This document shows, in pieces, positions 42,621 through 53,793 of a DNA stretch of 64,000 nucleotides. This stretch comes from Gammaproteobacteria bacterium (GTDB lineage: Bacteria > Pseudomonadota > Gammaproteobacteria > Eutrophobiales > Eutrophobiaceae), in contig CAXMWX010000003.1 in NCBI GenBank assembly GCA_963422205.2, forward strand, positions 192,001 through 256,000, in the 5' to 3' direction. The translations under genes and the position numbers were made by a program. The notes beneath the pieces are model-generated. The model was not told the origin of the DNA, did no database searches, and saw nothing but the letters and a program-made list of their open reading frames with translations. How positions within the stretch are numbered: the stretch's first letter is position 1; the number at the start of each line of letters is the position of its first letter.

Positions 42621-43441
42621 AGATGACCATTCTAGTTTACAGTTTGTAATCATTCGGCTAATACTGCTGGACCAACACCTGTAGTATCCGTAACGGTACT
42701 TCGCTGTATGCTGGAAAGCCTTTGGTGTATCCTCACCGCGATACTTATCAAACATCATTGGAGATCAGTAACAATCCATGAGGTGCGGACGATCAGCAGG
42801 AAAGATTCTTTAGTTGGAAACATTTCAATGGCTATTGATGTAAAAAAAATACCAGAGCGAATTGGCTTTTATCTGGCCGGATTTGCAGATGGTGAAGGGA
42901 GTTTTAATATTTCATTTCGAAAGTGTAAGGACTGCAAAATGCCTTGGAAAGTATCACTTTGTTTCAATGTGTCACGACGAGATAAAGTTATTTTGGCTTT
43001 GTTTAAAAGACACATGAAATGTGGCACTTTACGAGGTAGAACTGGTGGAGTTTGGTATTTTGAAGTGAATAACTTAAACGCTATTGAAGAGAATGTGGTT
43101 CCGTTTTTTAATCGTTTTGGTTTTTTATCGGCAAAGAAAAAAAGAGATTTCTCTAAATTCAAGCAGGTAGCAAAAATAATTAAAGATGGTAATCATTTGT
43201 CAAAAAGAGGTATTCAATCCATTCTTACAATCCGTAAGGAAATGAATGATGGAGGAGTTGGACGGCGTAGATATTCCGACACAGAAATACTTTCTTATTT
43301 TAACTAAAGAAAATCCCCAGAGACTACACGCCAAGCAGCGAAACAACGCTGATGATATAGTCCGATCTGCATAGCGATATGCAGGGTTTGTTCAAGTCTT
43401 TGAATAAACCGCAATGCAGTTATTGCATTGTTAACATTATG
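42621..43441 (+). mobile_element. Group I intron at 23S position 1917 (821 nt)
   Basis: Interrupts CCGTAACTAT^AACGGTCCTAAGG and ends in G. Core elements ATGCTGGAAA (P), GATCAGCAGG (Q), CAGAGACTACACG (R), GATATAGTCC (S); P9 hairpin ctgcata-gcga-tatgcag. Confidence 0.93.
42828..43307 (+). CDS. Single-motif LAGLIDADG homing endonuclease
   Basis: FYLAGFADGEGSFNIS motif; 159 aa; looped out by the stem gattctttagtt / aactaaagaaaatc (P6 region). Confidence 0.93.
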   Translation: MAIDVKKIPERIGFYLAGFADGEGSFNISFRKCKDCKMPWKVSLCFNVSRRDKVILALFKRHMKCGTLRGRTGGVWYFEVNNLNAIEENVVPFFNRFGFLSAKKKRDFSKFKQVAKIIKDGNHLSKRGIQSILTIRKEMNDGGVGRRRYSDTEILSYFN

Positions 43442-43502
<61 letters not shown>

Positions 43503-43928
43503 CGATGGCCACACTGTCTCCACCCGAGACTCAGCGAAATTGAAATTGCTGTGACGATGCAGTGTACCCGCGGCTAGACGGAAAGACCCCGTGAACCTTT
43601 ACTACAGCTTTGCACTGGACTTTGAACATGTTTGTGTAGGATAGCTGGGAGGCAGTGAAGCGTTATCGCCAGATAGCGTGGAGCCGTCCTTGAAATACCA
43701 GCCTGATGTGTTTGAGGTTCTAACCCAGGTCCGTTATCCGGATCGGAGACAGTGTATGGTGGGTAGTTTGACTGGGGCGGTCTCCTCCCAAAGCGTAACG
43801 GAGGAGCGCGAAGGTACCCTCGGCACGGTCGGAAATCGTGCTATGAGCGCAAAGGTATAAGGGTGCTTGACTGCGAGACGGACAGGTCGAGCAGGAACGA
43901 AAGTTGGTCTTAGTGATCCGGTGGTTCT

Positions 43929-43984
<56 letters not shown>

Positions 43985-44040
43985 ACCACCCAAGAGTTCA
44001 TATCGACGGTGGTGTTTGGCACCTCGATGTCGGCTCATCT

Positions 44041-44091
<51 letters not shown>

Positions 44092-44257
44092 AGGTACGCG
44101 AGCTGGGTTTAGAACGTCGTGAGACAGTTCGGTCCCTATCTGCCGCGGGCGTTGGAGATTTGAGAGGCGCTGCTCCTAGTACGAGAGGACCGGAGTGGAC
44201 GTTCCCCTGGTGTTCGGGTTGTCATGCCAATGGCATTGCCCGGTAGCTATGAACGGA

Positions 44258-44293
<36 letters not shown>

Positions 44294-44561
44294 CCCTCAA
44301 GATGAGATCTCCCTGGAGCTTTAAGCTCCCTGAAGGGCCCTCGTAGACGACGAGGTTGATAGGCTGGGTGTGGAAGCGCAGTAATGTGTGAAGCTAACCA
44401 GTACTAATTGCCCGTGAGGCTTGACCATATAACACTCAAGTGGTTTGTGTTACAGGTTAGACAACGAGTAAGCAGTGCGATGCGTTTTCTTTTTTCGATT
44501 TGGATTAATCGGGGGTAAATATAAAAAAGTTGCTTTGCCTTACGGTTAACCAGCCGCTTTT

Positions 44562-44677
44562 CCTGGCGGCCATAGCGCGTTGGCACCACCCGATCCCATC
44601 CCGAACTCGGAAGTGAAACGGCGCAGCGCCGATGGTAGTGCGGGGTCTCCCCGTGTGAGAGTAGGTCACCGCCAGGG
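44562..44677 (+). rRNA. rrf: 5S rRNA
   Basis: CCTGGCGGCCATAGCG...CCCATCCCGAACTCGGAAGTGAAAC...GAGAGTAGGTCACCGCCAGG. Confidence 0.97.
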
Positions 44678-44691
44678 TTTTATCCATCAGG

Positions 44692-44716
44692 GCCAGTCAT
44701 CGACTGGCTTTTTTTT
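44692..44716 (+). terminator. Rho-independent terminator of the rrn operon
   Basis: GCCAGTC-ATC-GACTGGC stem followed by T8. Confidence 0.88.
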
Positions 44717-44983
44717 ATGCCGATGTTACGCGCTCGGGCAAACCCTTCGGCATTTTGTCGAAGTCTGTTCCAGATTTGCCTTGCGCTTTATGTTTGAGCG
44801 CCTGAGTTATTCGTCTCCGGGGTGACAGTTAGTTAAGAGATATTCCTGAAAAATATTGTTAGTTTTCCCGATCTGTTGCGGACATATTGCCCCAATCCTT
44901 ATTGAAGGCGTAGAAAAGGTGGGGCATAATCCTAATGTAAAGCAATATTAATAATTTCGATATTAATCGGGAGGTCACTCATC

Positions 44984-46306
44984 ATGCCAGACAAACACAT
45001 TCTTAATGCACTGCGACAGCTATCATCGCGGCTTGCCAACACAATTTCCAAGTCAATTTTATTCCTTGCCGCTGCAATCATTATGTACCCACTGACCGCC
45101 GCCGGGGATGGACATCCTGCGATTGCCCATGAGACGGTATTGTCCGGGCTTGACAACCCTTGGGACATGGCGTTTCTGCCGGACGGGACCATGTTTTTTA
45201 CCGAGAAGTGCCGCGGCCTGTCCGTGCGGTTGCCAGCGGGCAAGGTGAACAAACTGCTCGGCATGAAAGGCGCCAAGGGCTATGCCAGCACCGATGACGA
45301 TTTGTTTTGCGAGGGCCAGGCCGGGATGCAGGGCGTTGCAGTCGACCCTGACTACGCCAGCAATCGACAGATATATGTGTATTCCACATCAAGCAAGACG
45401 GCGCCCGGCACCAATCGCCTGATGCAGTTCAAGGTGAACAAGGATTTCACCGCTGTCTCAAATCGGACTGATATCGTTGATGATGTCCCGTACAAACCGG
45501 AGGCGACCGATCACCCGTTCGGCGGGCCTGGCGCACATAACGGTGGGCGTGTCCGCTTCGGCCCGGATGGGTTTATCTATCTCACCACGGGTGACACGCA
45601 CAATGGCAAGGTTCCGCAAAGCCCAACGCTGCTCGGCGGCAAAGTGCTTCGCATCGACCGGGAAGGAAAACCGGCTGTGGGTAACACACCCCCGAAAGGC
45701 TACGATGCGCGGATTTATACCTATGGCCACCGCAACGTGCAGGGCATATCCTTCCGTCCGGGCGATGGCACACCGGTGGTGGCCGAGCATGGGCCGTGGC
45801 ATTCCGATGAGATCACCGTGCTCAGGAATGGCGGCAATGCGGGCTGGGATCCGCGCCCGAACATGGCCGGTCGCGGCGATTGCCCCGACAACTACTGCGG
45901 CTACATGCCGACCCAGATGGAGGGCATGGATCCGGCAAAACGGGCAGCGTATATGCCCATGACAGACACCAAGACCTACCCGGATGCGATGCCGCCTGTG
46001 ACGAACAACAACGGTCTCTCTCAGGGCATCTCCAGTGCCGTGTTCCTGACCGGTGATCAGTGGGGTGCATGGGATGGACGTCTTGCTGTTGGCTTTATGG
46101 GAATAGGCTTTGGCGGGACACCGGTGGGTCAGCGCATCGATGTGATTGCGCTTGCGGAAGACGGCATGTCCGCAGATGAGGTTACCACGATGGCATTGCC
46201 CATGGCGGCGGGTCGCTTCCGATCGGTTGTGCAGGGGCCGGATGGCAGCCTGTATACCTCTGTGGATGAGGGCATGATCTACAAACTGACCCCCTCCTCC
46301 AAGTAG
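44984..46306 (+). CDS. PQQ-dependent sugar dehydrogenase (glucose/sorbosone dehydrogenase family)
   Basis: GLDNPWDMAFLPDG, HNGGRVRFGPDG, YGHRNVQG and EHGP motifs; signal peptide. Confidence 0.9.
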   Translation: MPDKHILNALRQLSSRLANTISKSILFLAAAIIMYPLTAAGDGHPAIAHETVLSGLDNPWDMAFLPDGTMFFTEKCRGLSVRLPAGKVNKLLGMKGAKGYASTDDDLFCEGQAGMQGVAVDPDYASNRQIYVYSTSSKTAPGTNRLMQFKVNKDFTAVSNRTDIVDDVPYKPEATDHPFGGPGAHNGGRVRFGPDGFIYLTTGDTHNGKVPQSPTLLGGKVLRIDREGKPAVGNTPPKGYDARIYTYGHRNVQGISFRPGDGTPVVAEHGPWHSDEITVLRNGGNAGWDPRPNMAGRGDCPDNYCGYMPTQMEGMDPAKRAAYMPMTDTKTYPDAMPPVTNNNGLSQGISSAVFLTGDQWGAWDGRLAVGFMGIGFGGTPVGQRIDVIALAEDGMSADEVTTMALPMAAGRFRSVVQGPDGSLYTSVDEGMIYKLTPSSK

Positions 46307-46470
46307 GCCCCTCCAGGCAAGTCTGTCACACAGCCGTGCTGCTGTTGCAGTGCGGCTGTTTTTAGTTTCCTTATCTTCATCCGGCAGAATACCTGGCTGT
46401 ATAAGTTCAGAAACCTGTTGCACTTATTGGCGGCTAAAAGCGAGTGCCATAGCACCCCGCCATACTGTCT

Positions 46471-46640
46471 CTCTCCGTCATTCTGAGCGAACGACTACAG
46501 GGATGTAGGAGGTAGAAAACGTCGGGAACAGGTTTTCGAGCGAAGAATCTATGCCACTATCACGATAGATCCTTCAGTCGTTGCACTCCTTCAGGATGAC
46601 GGAGAGGGCATGATAGATCCTTCGCTGCGCCCAGGATGAC
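46471..46640. repeat. REP-like palindromic element with an internal insertion and a partial second copy
   Basis: ctctccgtcattctgag...cgaagaatct / agatccttc...tcaggatgacggagag inverted arms; second agatccttcgctgcgcccaggatgac at 46615-46640. Confidence 0.65.
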
Positions 46641-46822
46641 CAATCCCCGTGCAGTACATGATCAAGTACAATAAAATGTGCAATAGGGGGTGGACTCATA
46701 CACCGGCTGCCCTCCGCCCGGAAAGTGTGGCAGAATAGGCTGCCCAAGTGTGGGTAAATCAGTTCAACCGATCATGATGCTAACTATGCTCAAGAAAACA
46801 GACAATCCAGGAGGGTATCCTT

Positions 46823-47140
46823 ATGAAAATTCTACTACCTGTCGTTTTCGCTGCTGTCCTGATGCTGGCTGCGACATCCGCCAGGGCAATGGACAGTGAT
46901 GCCGCCGCAAAGACTTTTGCCCGGGTCTGTGCAACCTGTCATGGCCCGACCGGGCAGGGTATGGCGAGCTTCCCGCGGCTTGCCGGTCAGTCGGCTGACT
47001 ATATCGCTGCCCGGCTGAAGCAGTATCGTGCCGGAGAGAAGGTCGGCCCCAATTCCCCGCTGATGATGCCCCATGCCGTCAACCTGTCTGATGCTGAGAT
47101 AACGAACCTGTCGGACTACATTGCCACAACTTTTCAATAG
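46823..47140 (+). CDS. c-type cytochrome (class I, c553/c4-like)
   Basis: Signal peptide, CATCH heme motif, PRLAGQ and a distal Met. Confidence 0.9.
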   Translation: MKILLPVVFAAVLMLAATSARAMDSDAAAKTFARVCATCHGPTGQGMASFPRLAGQSADYIAARLKQYRAGEKVGPNSPLMMPHAVNLSDAEITNLSDYIATTFQ

Positions 47141-47237
47141 ACCGAAACATCCATTCAGTAAACCGACGATGATCTGAGATGTCATTAACAGCGTGCGCCG
47201 TTATTTGAGGATAATTATAAATAACAGACGCCTGATA

Positions 47238-48046
47238 ATGAAGCGTTTGCCTTTATATATCAAAATAATACTGAGATATGGCTTTGCAAACAGAAAAGCG
47301 GTATTAGATTTAATTGAACAATTACATCCACGGTCAACACAATTTGAGTTAATCAGGCTGGGCCCTGATACTGATGGGGGATATCTGCTGCCCAATGATT
47401 TAGAGGGAATAACGGCCTGCTTCTCTCCTGGCGTAGGCGATATCAGTGAGTTTGAACGCCAATGCCTACATCGTGGTATGAAAGTTTTTATGGCGGATAA
47501 AACGGTAAATCAACCTGACTGGGTGTTGCCAGCGATGTGTGGAGTTTCACCAAAAAACATATTGGCAGCGTGGATAATGAGCATAATATGACGATGGACA
47601 GTTGGCGTGATTCCAGCGGCTTAGACCCTGCTGCTGACTTGCTTTTACAAATGGACATTGAAGGCGGTGAATATGCCGCTATTATGAGTATGTCGGATAA
47701 ACTCATGCGGCGATTTCGAATCATGGTGATCGAATTCCATGATTTAGATGGATTGCTTGAAACAAGGCCTCTTACGCACTACCTGCCACTTAGACACCGT
47801 ATCGTTGCAGCGTTTACCAGGTTATTGAAGACACATATCTGTGTGCATATTCATCCTAATAATGTTAGCCATCAGGTTATACGTGAGAATATGGCATGTT
47901 CTCCTGAAATGGAGTTCACTTTTTTAAGGAAGGACCGGGCTAGAATTACCGGTTATCAGACTGAATTTCCGCATAGATTAGATTACGATAATGTAAGTCA
48001 CAAACCACATGTCCCATTGCCGGCGGACTGGTATCATCAGGATTAG
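47238..48046 (+). pseudogene. FkbM-like methyltransferase-fold protein, frameshifted near 47518
   Basis: RLGPDTDGGY...FSPGV in one frame and LLLQMDIEGGEY...IEFH...HIHPNN...EFTF in the next; AT-rich. Confidence 0.7.
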
Positions 48047-48149
48047 CGCATTCATTGTGCATCCACTGATTCTCATGCAGGGCATGGTGTTTGCTGTGTT
48101 TTTCTGACGGGACAGCAACGCATCCTGCCGACAATCGCTTCATCGCCTA

Positions 48150-49523
48150 TTGATTTTAATGACACGATACATAGCATCGCTGTGCTTGTGTGTGCTGTTC
48201 TTTAAAAGTGCTGCTGCATCGGTTGTGTTCCCGGATCGCTTTATGCTGATACAACTGTTCCGGGACAGTCATTTTGTTGAACTCAATCGTATCCTGGAAA
48301 GTTATCAGCAGGGTTTTGAGGCCGATGATACTGATGAACGTGTGTTGCTCTTTGGCATAGAGAGTATCAGCACAGCCAATCCGGAGTCGGCCTATTTATT
48401 TGATGAGTGGGTCAAATCGCAGCCCGATAATGCTATCCCCTATCTTGCCCGTGCCTATTATGCTTACCATGTTGCCTGGTTCTGGCGTGGGCATGAGACG
48501 ATTAACAACACAAGGCCGTATCACCTGGCCAGGATGAAGCGGTCTCTGGAGTCCGCCGCCGATGACTTGACCCGGGCGATTAATATGCAGCCATCTCTGG
48601 CGATTGCCTATGCCCTGGCAATACGCATCCTGATGTTGCTCGGCGCTGAGGAATTACAGGCTGAGGCATACGATGAAGCCATCGCCTATTATCCGAATTC
48701 TTACCTGGTCAGGGCGAGTTATCTGTGGAGTTTGAAGCCCAAGTGGGGCGGCAGTCCCCATCGCCTGCTGGCGTATATTGAGGAGATAGCATCCCGGGCC
48801 GAAAAAAATCCGCTATTGAAGGATTTGCTCGGCTACAGTGATTACATTTTTGCCGAGTTCCTGTCAGATGGGAAGGCGTATCAGCAGGCCAGGGCACATT
48901 ATGATATCGCCATCATCAAAGGGGCTGATCATATTGTCTATCGAGAGCGCGGCATCAATTATTATCACCTGGGCGAATATGAACTGGCACTGAATGATTT
49001 TAACGAGTCCCTTAAATTATGGCCGCAGAATTATCGGGTGTTACGCTGGCGGGCGAATGTCTACATGCGTCAGGGAAGACATTCTGAGGCAGTCACCGAT
49101 CTGGCACTGGCCGTTGAATTAAATCCATACAATAAATACGCCTTGCTGTCATTGGCGGCTGTGTTACGCAAACTGGGCCAGTTCGAGGGTGTGCATACAT
49201 TGTATGATCGTGCGCTTTACTACAACAGCCAGGATGCCAATATCTGGTTTGAAAGAGGCATGCACTATGCCCGGGATTTATTTAAGTTTGATTTGGCGGT
49301 GCCGGATTTAAGGCGCGCTACCGAATTGGCACCCGATGAACCGCAATACTGGTATCACTATGCCGCTGTGCTGCACTATGCGTTTGATTGCCGGATCACC
49401 CGGCCACTGGAAAAATATTTATCATTGTGTGGCGAGTTAGCCACCTGTAACGACAAAGAACTAACGTGGGCAAGAAAGGCCAGGGGCTGGTTACAACACA
49501 ACGATGCCTGCCATGAAGATTGA
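48150..49523 (+). CDS. Exported tetratricopeptide-repeat protein (DUF4034-like N-terminus)
   Basis: Signal peptide, AWFWRG and L.PKWGGS motifs, several TPRs. Confidence 0.8.
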   Translation: MILMTRYIASLCLCVLFFKSAAASVVFPDRFMLIQLFRDSHFVELNRILESYQQGFEADDTDERVLLFGIESISTANPESAYLFDEWVKSQPDNAIPYLARAYYAYHVAWFWRGHETINNTRPYHLARMKRSLESAADDLTRAINMQPSLAIAYALAIRILMLLGAEELQAEAYDEAIAYYPNSYLVRASYLWSLKPKWGGSPHRLLAYIEEIASRAEKNPLLKDLLGYSDYIFAEFLSDGKAYQQARAHYDIAIIKGADHIVYRERGINYYHLGEYELALNDFNESLKLWPQNYRVLRWRANVYMRQGRHSEAVTDLALAVELNPYNKYALLSLAAVLRKLGQFEGVHTLYDRALYYNSQDANIWFERGMHYARDLFKFDLAVPDLRRATELAPDEPQYWYHYAAVLHYAFDCRITRPLEKYLSLCGELATCNDKELTWARKARGWLQHNDACHED

Positions 49524-49537
49524 TGATCGGACTTAGG

Positions 49538-50524
49538 TTATTTATCTGCGATGAAGTTACCAAAGGCACGGCTACCCTCATCCGTCAGGATGGTGGTCTG
49601 TATCTGCAAGGTGTCCGGGTCAATCACAGTGACACTGCCGTCAAACCAGTTGGCGACATAGATCGCCTGCCTGACGGGATCAATGTCAATGCCTTCGGGA
49701 TAGTCACCCGTGTACAGGGTGTTGATTTCTTTTTCCGTCTCAAGATCGATGACTGAAACGCTGTTATCACGCTGGTTGGTGACAAACAAACGATCGGTCT
49801 TGCGATGCCAGGTCATGGCATAAGGGAATTGCCCGACGGCAAGGGTCGAGATAACCTTCCTGTCTGACAGGGAGACCACGGACACAGAATTATCCTGCAC
49901 ATTGGCGACCATGAGTTGCTGTTTTTCCGGTAGCAGCAACAGGCCAAAAGGCGCCTTGCCCACTGGAATTTCTGCGCTGATCTGTTGTGTCTGCAAGTCA
50001 ATCACCATCAACGAATTCTCTTTTTTATTGGCCACATACAACTCCGTACCGGCCTCGTTGACGGCCAGGCCGGCGGGCGACTTGCCGGTTGTTATCTTGC
50101 GGCTGATCTGTAACAGGCTGTCTGAGATCACATAGATCGCATTTTCATACCAGTCGGCGACATAGATAAAATCCCCCCTGTGATCGGCGGCAATACCCAG
50201 CGGCCCGCTGCCGAGGCTGATGGTTTTTACCACAGCAAGCGAGGCCGTATCGATCACGCTGATGCTTTGGTCTTCCGGGTTGCTGATATAAACCCGTTTA
50301 TTGTTTGCCGTAGTGGTCACCCCGGCAGGGCGATGACCCACGATGATCGTTTTGATCACTTGCTGGCTGGCGGTATCAATCACCGAGACATTATTCGCTC
50401 CCTGGTTGGTGATATAGGCGAGTGGGGCAGAACACAGGGGCGAACTGGCAAAGCACAACACCGCCCACAGGTAAGGTGTCAAGCAAGATGGCAAGGAATG
50501 ATCACAGCAGGTGCCACTGGTCAT
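49538..50524 (-). CDS. YVTN/YncE beta-propeller repeat protein
   Basis: Repeated YITN/YVAN/FVTN...SVSVID...I.VG..P.G units. Confidence 0.9.
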   Translation of the reverse strand: MTSGTCCDHSLPSCLTPYLWAVLCFASSPLCSAPLAYITNQGANNVSVIDTASQQVIKTIIVGHRPAGVTTTANNKRVYISNPEDQSISVIDTASLAVVKTISLGSGPLGIAADHRGDFIYVADWYENAIYVISDSLLQISRKITTGKSPAGLAVNEAGTELYVANKKENSLMVIDLQTQQISAEIPVGKAPFGLLLLPEKQQLMVANVQDNSVSVVSLSDRKVISTLAVGQFPYAMTWHRKTDRLFVTNQRDNSVSVIDLETEKEINTLYTGDYPEGIDIDPVRQAIYVANWFDGSVTVIDPDTLQIQTTILTDEGSRAFGNFIADK

Positions 50525-50556
50525 ATCAGCTATGGCGTGACAGTAACAGACAATGC

Positions 50557-51084
50557 TTATTGTTCAGCCAGCGCTTTTAGTTGATTCAGGCCGCCCTCAT
50601 ACAGCTCAGAGATGAGTTTGATTGCTGTCTCATCACTCAGTTCTGGCGGCGGATTGGGCCCGGGAAAAGAACGATAAAACGCCCCCTTGTATTCAACTTT
50701 GCTGCCGCCTTCTTCTGTGGCGGTCACTGTCAACATGGAACCCAGTGTACTCACGGGCAGGGCCTTGTCGTTGGGCGTAACCATCATGTATTGAATGCGC
50801 TTGTTATCTGGCAGATGTTTTATCAGCTTCTCCTGTATCGCCTCACCATTTTGCAGGGTAATGGTTCTCACTGTCTCCGGCTGGTCGGCAGAGTCAGTCT
50901 GGCAGTCAGTAACGCCAGGGTTCCAGCGTGAGATGGAACAAAACTCCCGTATTATCTCCCAGACTTTCTCCGGGCTGGCGTTAATAGTGACTTCCTTGAT
51001 AACCCGTTGTCTTGAAGGCCCGTGGGCATGGGCAAGACCGGGCAGCAGCAGGATTATCAACAGTAAGGTAAAACGCAGTTGCAT
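50557..51084 (-). CDS. Periplasmic SRPBCC protein (MxaD-like)
   Basis: Signal peptide, AHGPSRQ...INASPEKVW...W.P...GAFYR...Y..GL..LK pattern. Confidence 0.8.
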   Translation of the reverse strand: MQLRFTLLLIILLLPGLAHAHGPSRQRVIKEVTINASPEKVWEIIREFCSISRWNPGVTDCQTDSADQPETVRTITLQNGEAIQEKLIKHLPDNKRIQYMMVTPNDKALPVSTLGSMLTVTATEEGGSKVEYKGAFYRSFPGPNPPPELSDETAIKLISELYEGGLNQLKALAEQ

Positions 51085-51103
51085 GGCTTGTTCCCCTCGT
51101 ACC

Positions 51104-53335
51104 CTAGGCGATATGGCCTATCGGCAGCGAGCGGATCCGTTTGCCGGTCAAGGTGAAGAGCGCATTGCACACAGCCGGTGCGATGGGCGGCGTACCAGGC
51201 TCACCAATACCGCCCAGGGCCTCCCCGCTGTTGATGATTTCAACCCCCACCTCGGGCATCTCCTGGGCGGTCAGAATGGGATAATCATCAAAGTTGCCGT
51301 TGACCGCCCGGCCCTGTTCCATCTTCACTGTCTCATGCAAGGCAGCCGACAAGCCATAGACGATGCCGCTTTCTATCTGCATGGTAACGATGTTCGGGTT
51401 GACGGCAAAACCACAGTCCACGCTGCACCACACCTTATGCACTTCTGGCTGCCCGGCGGCATCCACGCTGACCTCGGCCACCTGACAGGCGATCGTCTGA
51501 TAGGCATGATGTATGGCGATTCCCATCGCACACTGCCTGCCTTGTGCATTGGTATAAGGTGCTGCTCGCCAATCTGCCATGTCCGCGGCGCGCTGCAACA
51601 CCTTGGTAAAGCGTGCATTACCGGCCAGCAGGCGCTGACGTAGCACCAGCGGGTCTGTGTTGGTTGCCGCGGCCACCTCATCGATGAAGCACTCATTGAA
51701 AAACGCATTATGCGAATTGCCGACCGAGCGCCAGAAACCCAGCGGTGCGGGCGATGGCTCGTAGACATAATCATGCTGTCTGTTGGCGATGGCATAGCCC
51801 TGTTCGGTGACGCCCTCAATGACCGATGGGTCGATATTATCCTCGCCAATGCGCGCACCGAAGTGACGGCGCATCGGCCCGTCCCCCACGGTGGTGGTAT
51901 GCAGGGCGATCAGGCTGCCGTCCGCCGCCAGTGCCGCGCGGTACCTGGCCGCTGTCATCGGTCGGTAATGATCGTGTTGCATGTCCTCTTCCCTGGACCA
52001 GATCACCTTGATCGGCTTGCCCTTGTGCCTGGCGGCCAGCGTCAGCGCCTGCACGGCATAATCGTTGATGAAGCGCCGACCAAAACCACCCCCCAGATAC
52101 GGCGTGTGTACGGTAATCTGTGCCGGCGCAAGACCGGTGATCTGCCCGGCTATCTCCACCACCGCATCCACCCCCTGGTTCGGCGCCCACACGGTGCAGC
52201 TGTCATCATCTACCAGCGCGGTGCAATTCATCGGCTCCATCGTGGCGTGTGCCAGGAAAGGCGTATGGTAGGTGGCGGTGATGGTGGTGGCGGCTTCGGC
52301 AAACGCCGCTGCAATATCGCCATGCTGTTCCACCGTCTCGCCTGGCTCATCAAGGCGCGCTTGCAGCTTGCTGAGGTAGGTGGGGGAGGAAAAGCCGCTG
52401 TCGATACCGCCTTTGAAGGCTACCGGCAGCGTATTCAGAGCAGACTTCGCATGCCAGTAGTGATCGGCAATGACGGCCACGCCATGGAGGATCTGCTCAA
52501 CGGCGACCACGCCCGGCATACCCATCACCGGCCCGGCGTCCAGCGTATCCACCTCGCCATCGAACACCGGGGCTTGGCTGACCGCCGCACTCAACAGGCC
52601 GGGCTGCTGCTGATCGATGCCGAACCGGGCCTGGCCATTGGTCTTGGCGGGAACGTCCACCCGGTCATTCGGCTGGCCGAGCAGCCGGTAGTCGGCCGGG
52701 GTCTTTAGCGTGATGTCGATGGGCATCGGCAGTTGGGCAGCGCGGGCGGCCAGCTCGCCGTAGCCCAGTTTCCTGCCGCTGGCCGGCTCGATAACCTGGC
52801 TTTGCTCGGTGACAAGCCCGCCGACATCAACCTGTAGCTGCTCGGCCGCCGCCCGCAGCAACATGCTGCGCGCCGCTGCGCCCGCCTCTCTTAGCGGCAC
52901 GAAGGCCGAGCGCAGGCTGCGGCTGCCGCCGGTAAAGCGCATGGTGTTGTCGAACATGATGCGGTAGGCCGGCCCGTGCGGGGCCTGCATGACCTTGACA
53001 TCGGCCATGTCGGCGTCCAACTCCTCGGCGACCAGCGAGGCGATGGAGGTGTAGATGCCCTGGCCCATCTCCACGAACGGACTGAGGATGGTGATCTGCC
53101 CCTGCGTATCCAGCACGATGAAGGCGGTCAATTCGCTCTCGTCCGCTCCATTTTGAATATTGCCCTGAATATTGTCTTGGGCGGCGGGCGTGGCGGCATC
53201 CTCCCGTGAGCAGCCCGGCAGGGCGCAGCTTAAAATGAGCGCCGAGCCGGAGGCGAGCGAGCGGCTGATAAAGGTACGCCGGTTCATGTGGATTTTTGGG
53301 GTAATGTCTGGGCTGATGTTTGCTATGGCACTCAT
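51104..53335 (-). CDS. Molybdopterin-binding subunit, isoquinoline 1-oxidoreductase beta/aldehyde oxidoreductase family
   Basis: Tat motif [35 protein letters not shown] and [10 protein letters not shown] motifs. Confidence 0.92.
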   Translation of the reverse strand: MSAIANISPDITPKIHMNRRTFISRSLASGSALILSCALPGCSREDAATPAAQDNIQGNIQNGADESELTAFIVLDTQGQITILSPFVEMGQGIYTSIASLVAEELDADMADVKVMQAPHGPAYRIMFDNTMRFTGGSRSLRSAFVPLREAGAAARSMLLRAAAEQLQVDVGGLVTEQSQVIEPASGRKLGYGELAARAAQLPMPIDITLKTPADYRLLGQPNDRVDVPAKTNGQARFGIDQQQPGLLSAAVSQAPVFDGEVDTLDAGPVMGMPGVVAVEQILHGVAVIADHYWHAKSALNTLPVAFKGGIDSGFSSPTYLSKLQARLDEPGETVEQHGDIAAAFAEAATTITATYHTPFLAHATMEPMNCTALVDDDSCTVWAPNQGVDAVVEIAGQITGLAPAQITVHTPYLGGGFGRRFINDYAVQALTLAARHKGKPIKVIWSREEDMQHDHYRPMTAARYRAALAADGSLIALHTTTVGDGPMRRHFGARIGEDNIDPSVIEGVTEQGYAIANRQHDYVYEPSPAPLGFWRSVGNSHNAFFNECFIDEVAAATNTDPLVLRQRLLAGNARFTKVLQRAADMADWRAAPYTNAQGRQCAMGIAIHHAYQTIACQVAEVSVDAAGQPEVHKVWCSVDCGFAVNPNIVTMQIESGIVYGLSAALHETVKMEQGRAVNGNFDDYPILTAQEMPEVGVEIINSGEALGGIGEPGTPPIAPAVCNALFTLTGKRIRSLPIGHIA

Positions 53336-53793
53336 GAGATGGCCTCCTGCTTGCCGCTGGCGGTTTTGATCGCCCGGAAGATGCGCTGATAGGTGCCGCA
53401 ACGGCACAGGTTGTTCATGCCAGCCCAGATCTGCTCATCCGTGGGTTGCGGGTTGTTCTCAAGGAAGGCAACGGCGCTCATGATCTGCCCGGACTGGCAA
53501 TAACCGCACTGCGGCGCTTGCTCGGCTATCCAGGCCTGTTGCACCGGATGTGTGCCGTCATCAGACAGCCCCTCAATGGTGGTTATGTCTTTGTTATCGG
53601 CGGCGCGTGCCGGGGTGATGCAACTCCTCACAGCATTGCCATCGAGGTGTATGGTGCAGGCACCGCACAGCCCCTTGCCGCAGCCGTATTTGGTGCCGGT
53701 CAAGCCGGCCACATCGCGTATCGCCCATAACAACGGCATATCCGGGGCGATGTCAAGTTGCTCCGGTTTGCCATTAATCGTGACTGTTATCAT
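53332..53793 (-). CDS. (2Fe-2S)-binding small subunit (IorA-like)
   Basis: [24 protein letters not shown] and NLCRCGTY motifs. Confidence 0.93.
   Translation of the reverse strand: MITVTINGKPEQLDIAPDMPLLWAIRDVAGLTGTKYGCGKGLCGACTIHLDGNAVRSCITPARAADNKDITTIEGLSDDGTHPVQQAWIAEQAPQCGYCQSGQIMSAVAFLENNPQPTDEQIWAGMNNLCRCGTYQRIFRAIKTASGKQEAIS

Noticed and set aside
42708-42827. N-terminal extension of the LAGLIDADG ORF (199-aa version)
   Set aside because: It overlaps the intron P/Q core elements; ATG 42828 in the loop is the more plausible start.
45458-46423. 321-aa antisense ORF, and similar ones at 51710-52708, 62345-63205 and 5569-6351
   Set aside because: Shadow ORFs opposite well-supported genes in GC-rich DNA.
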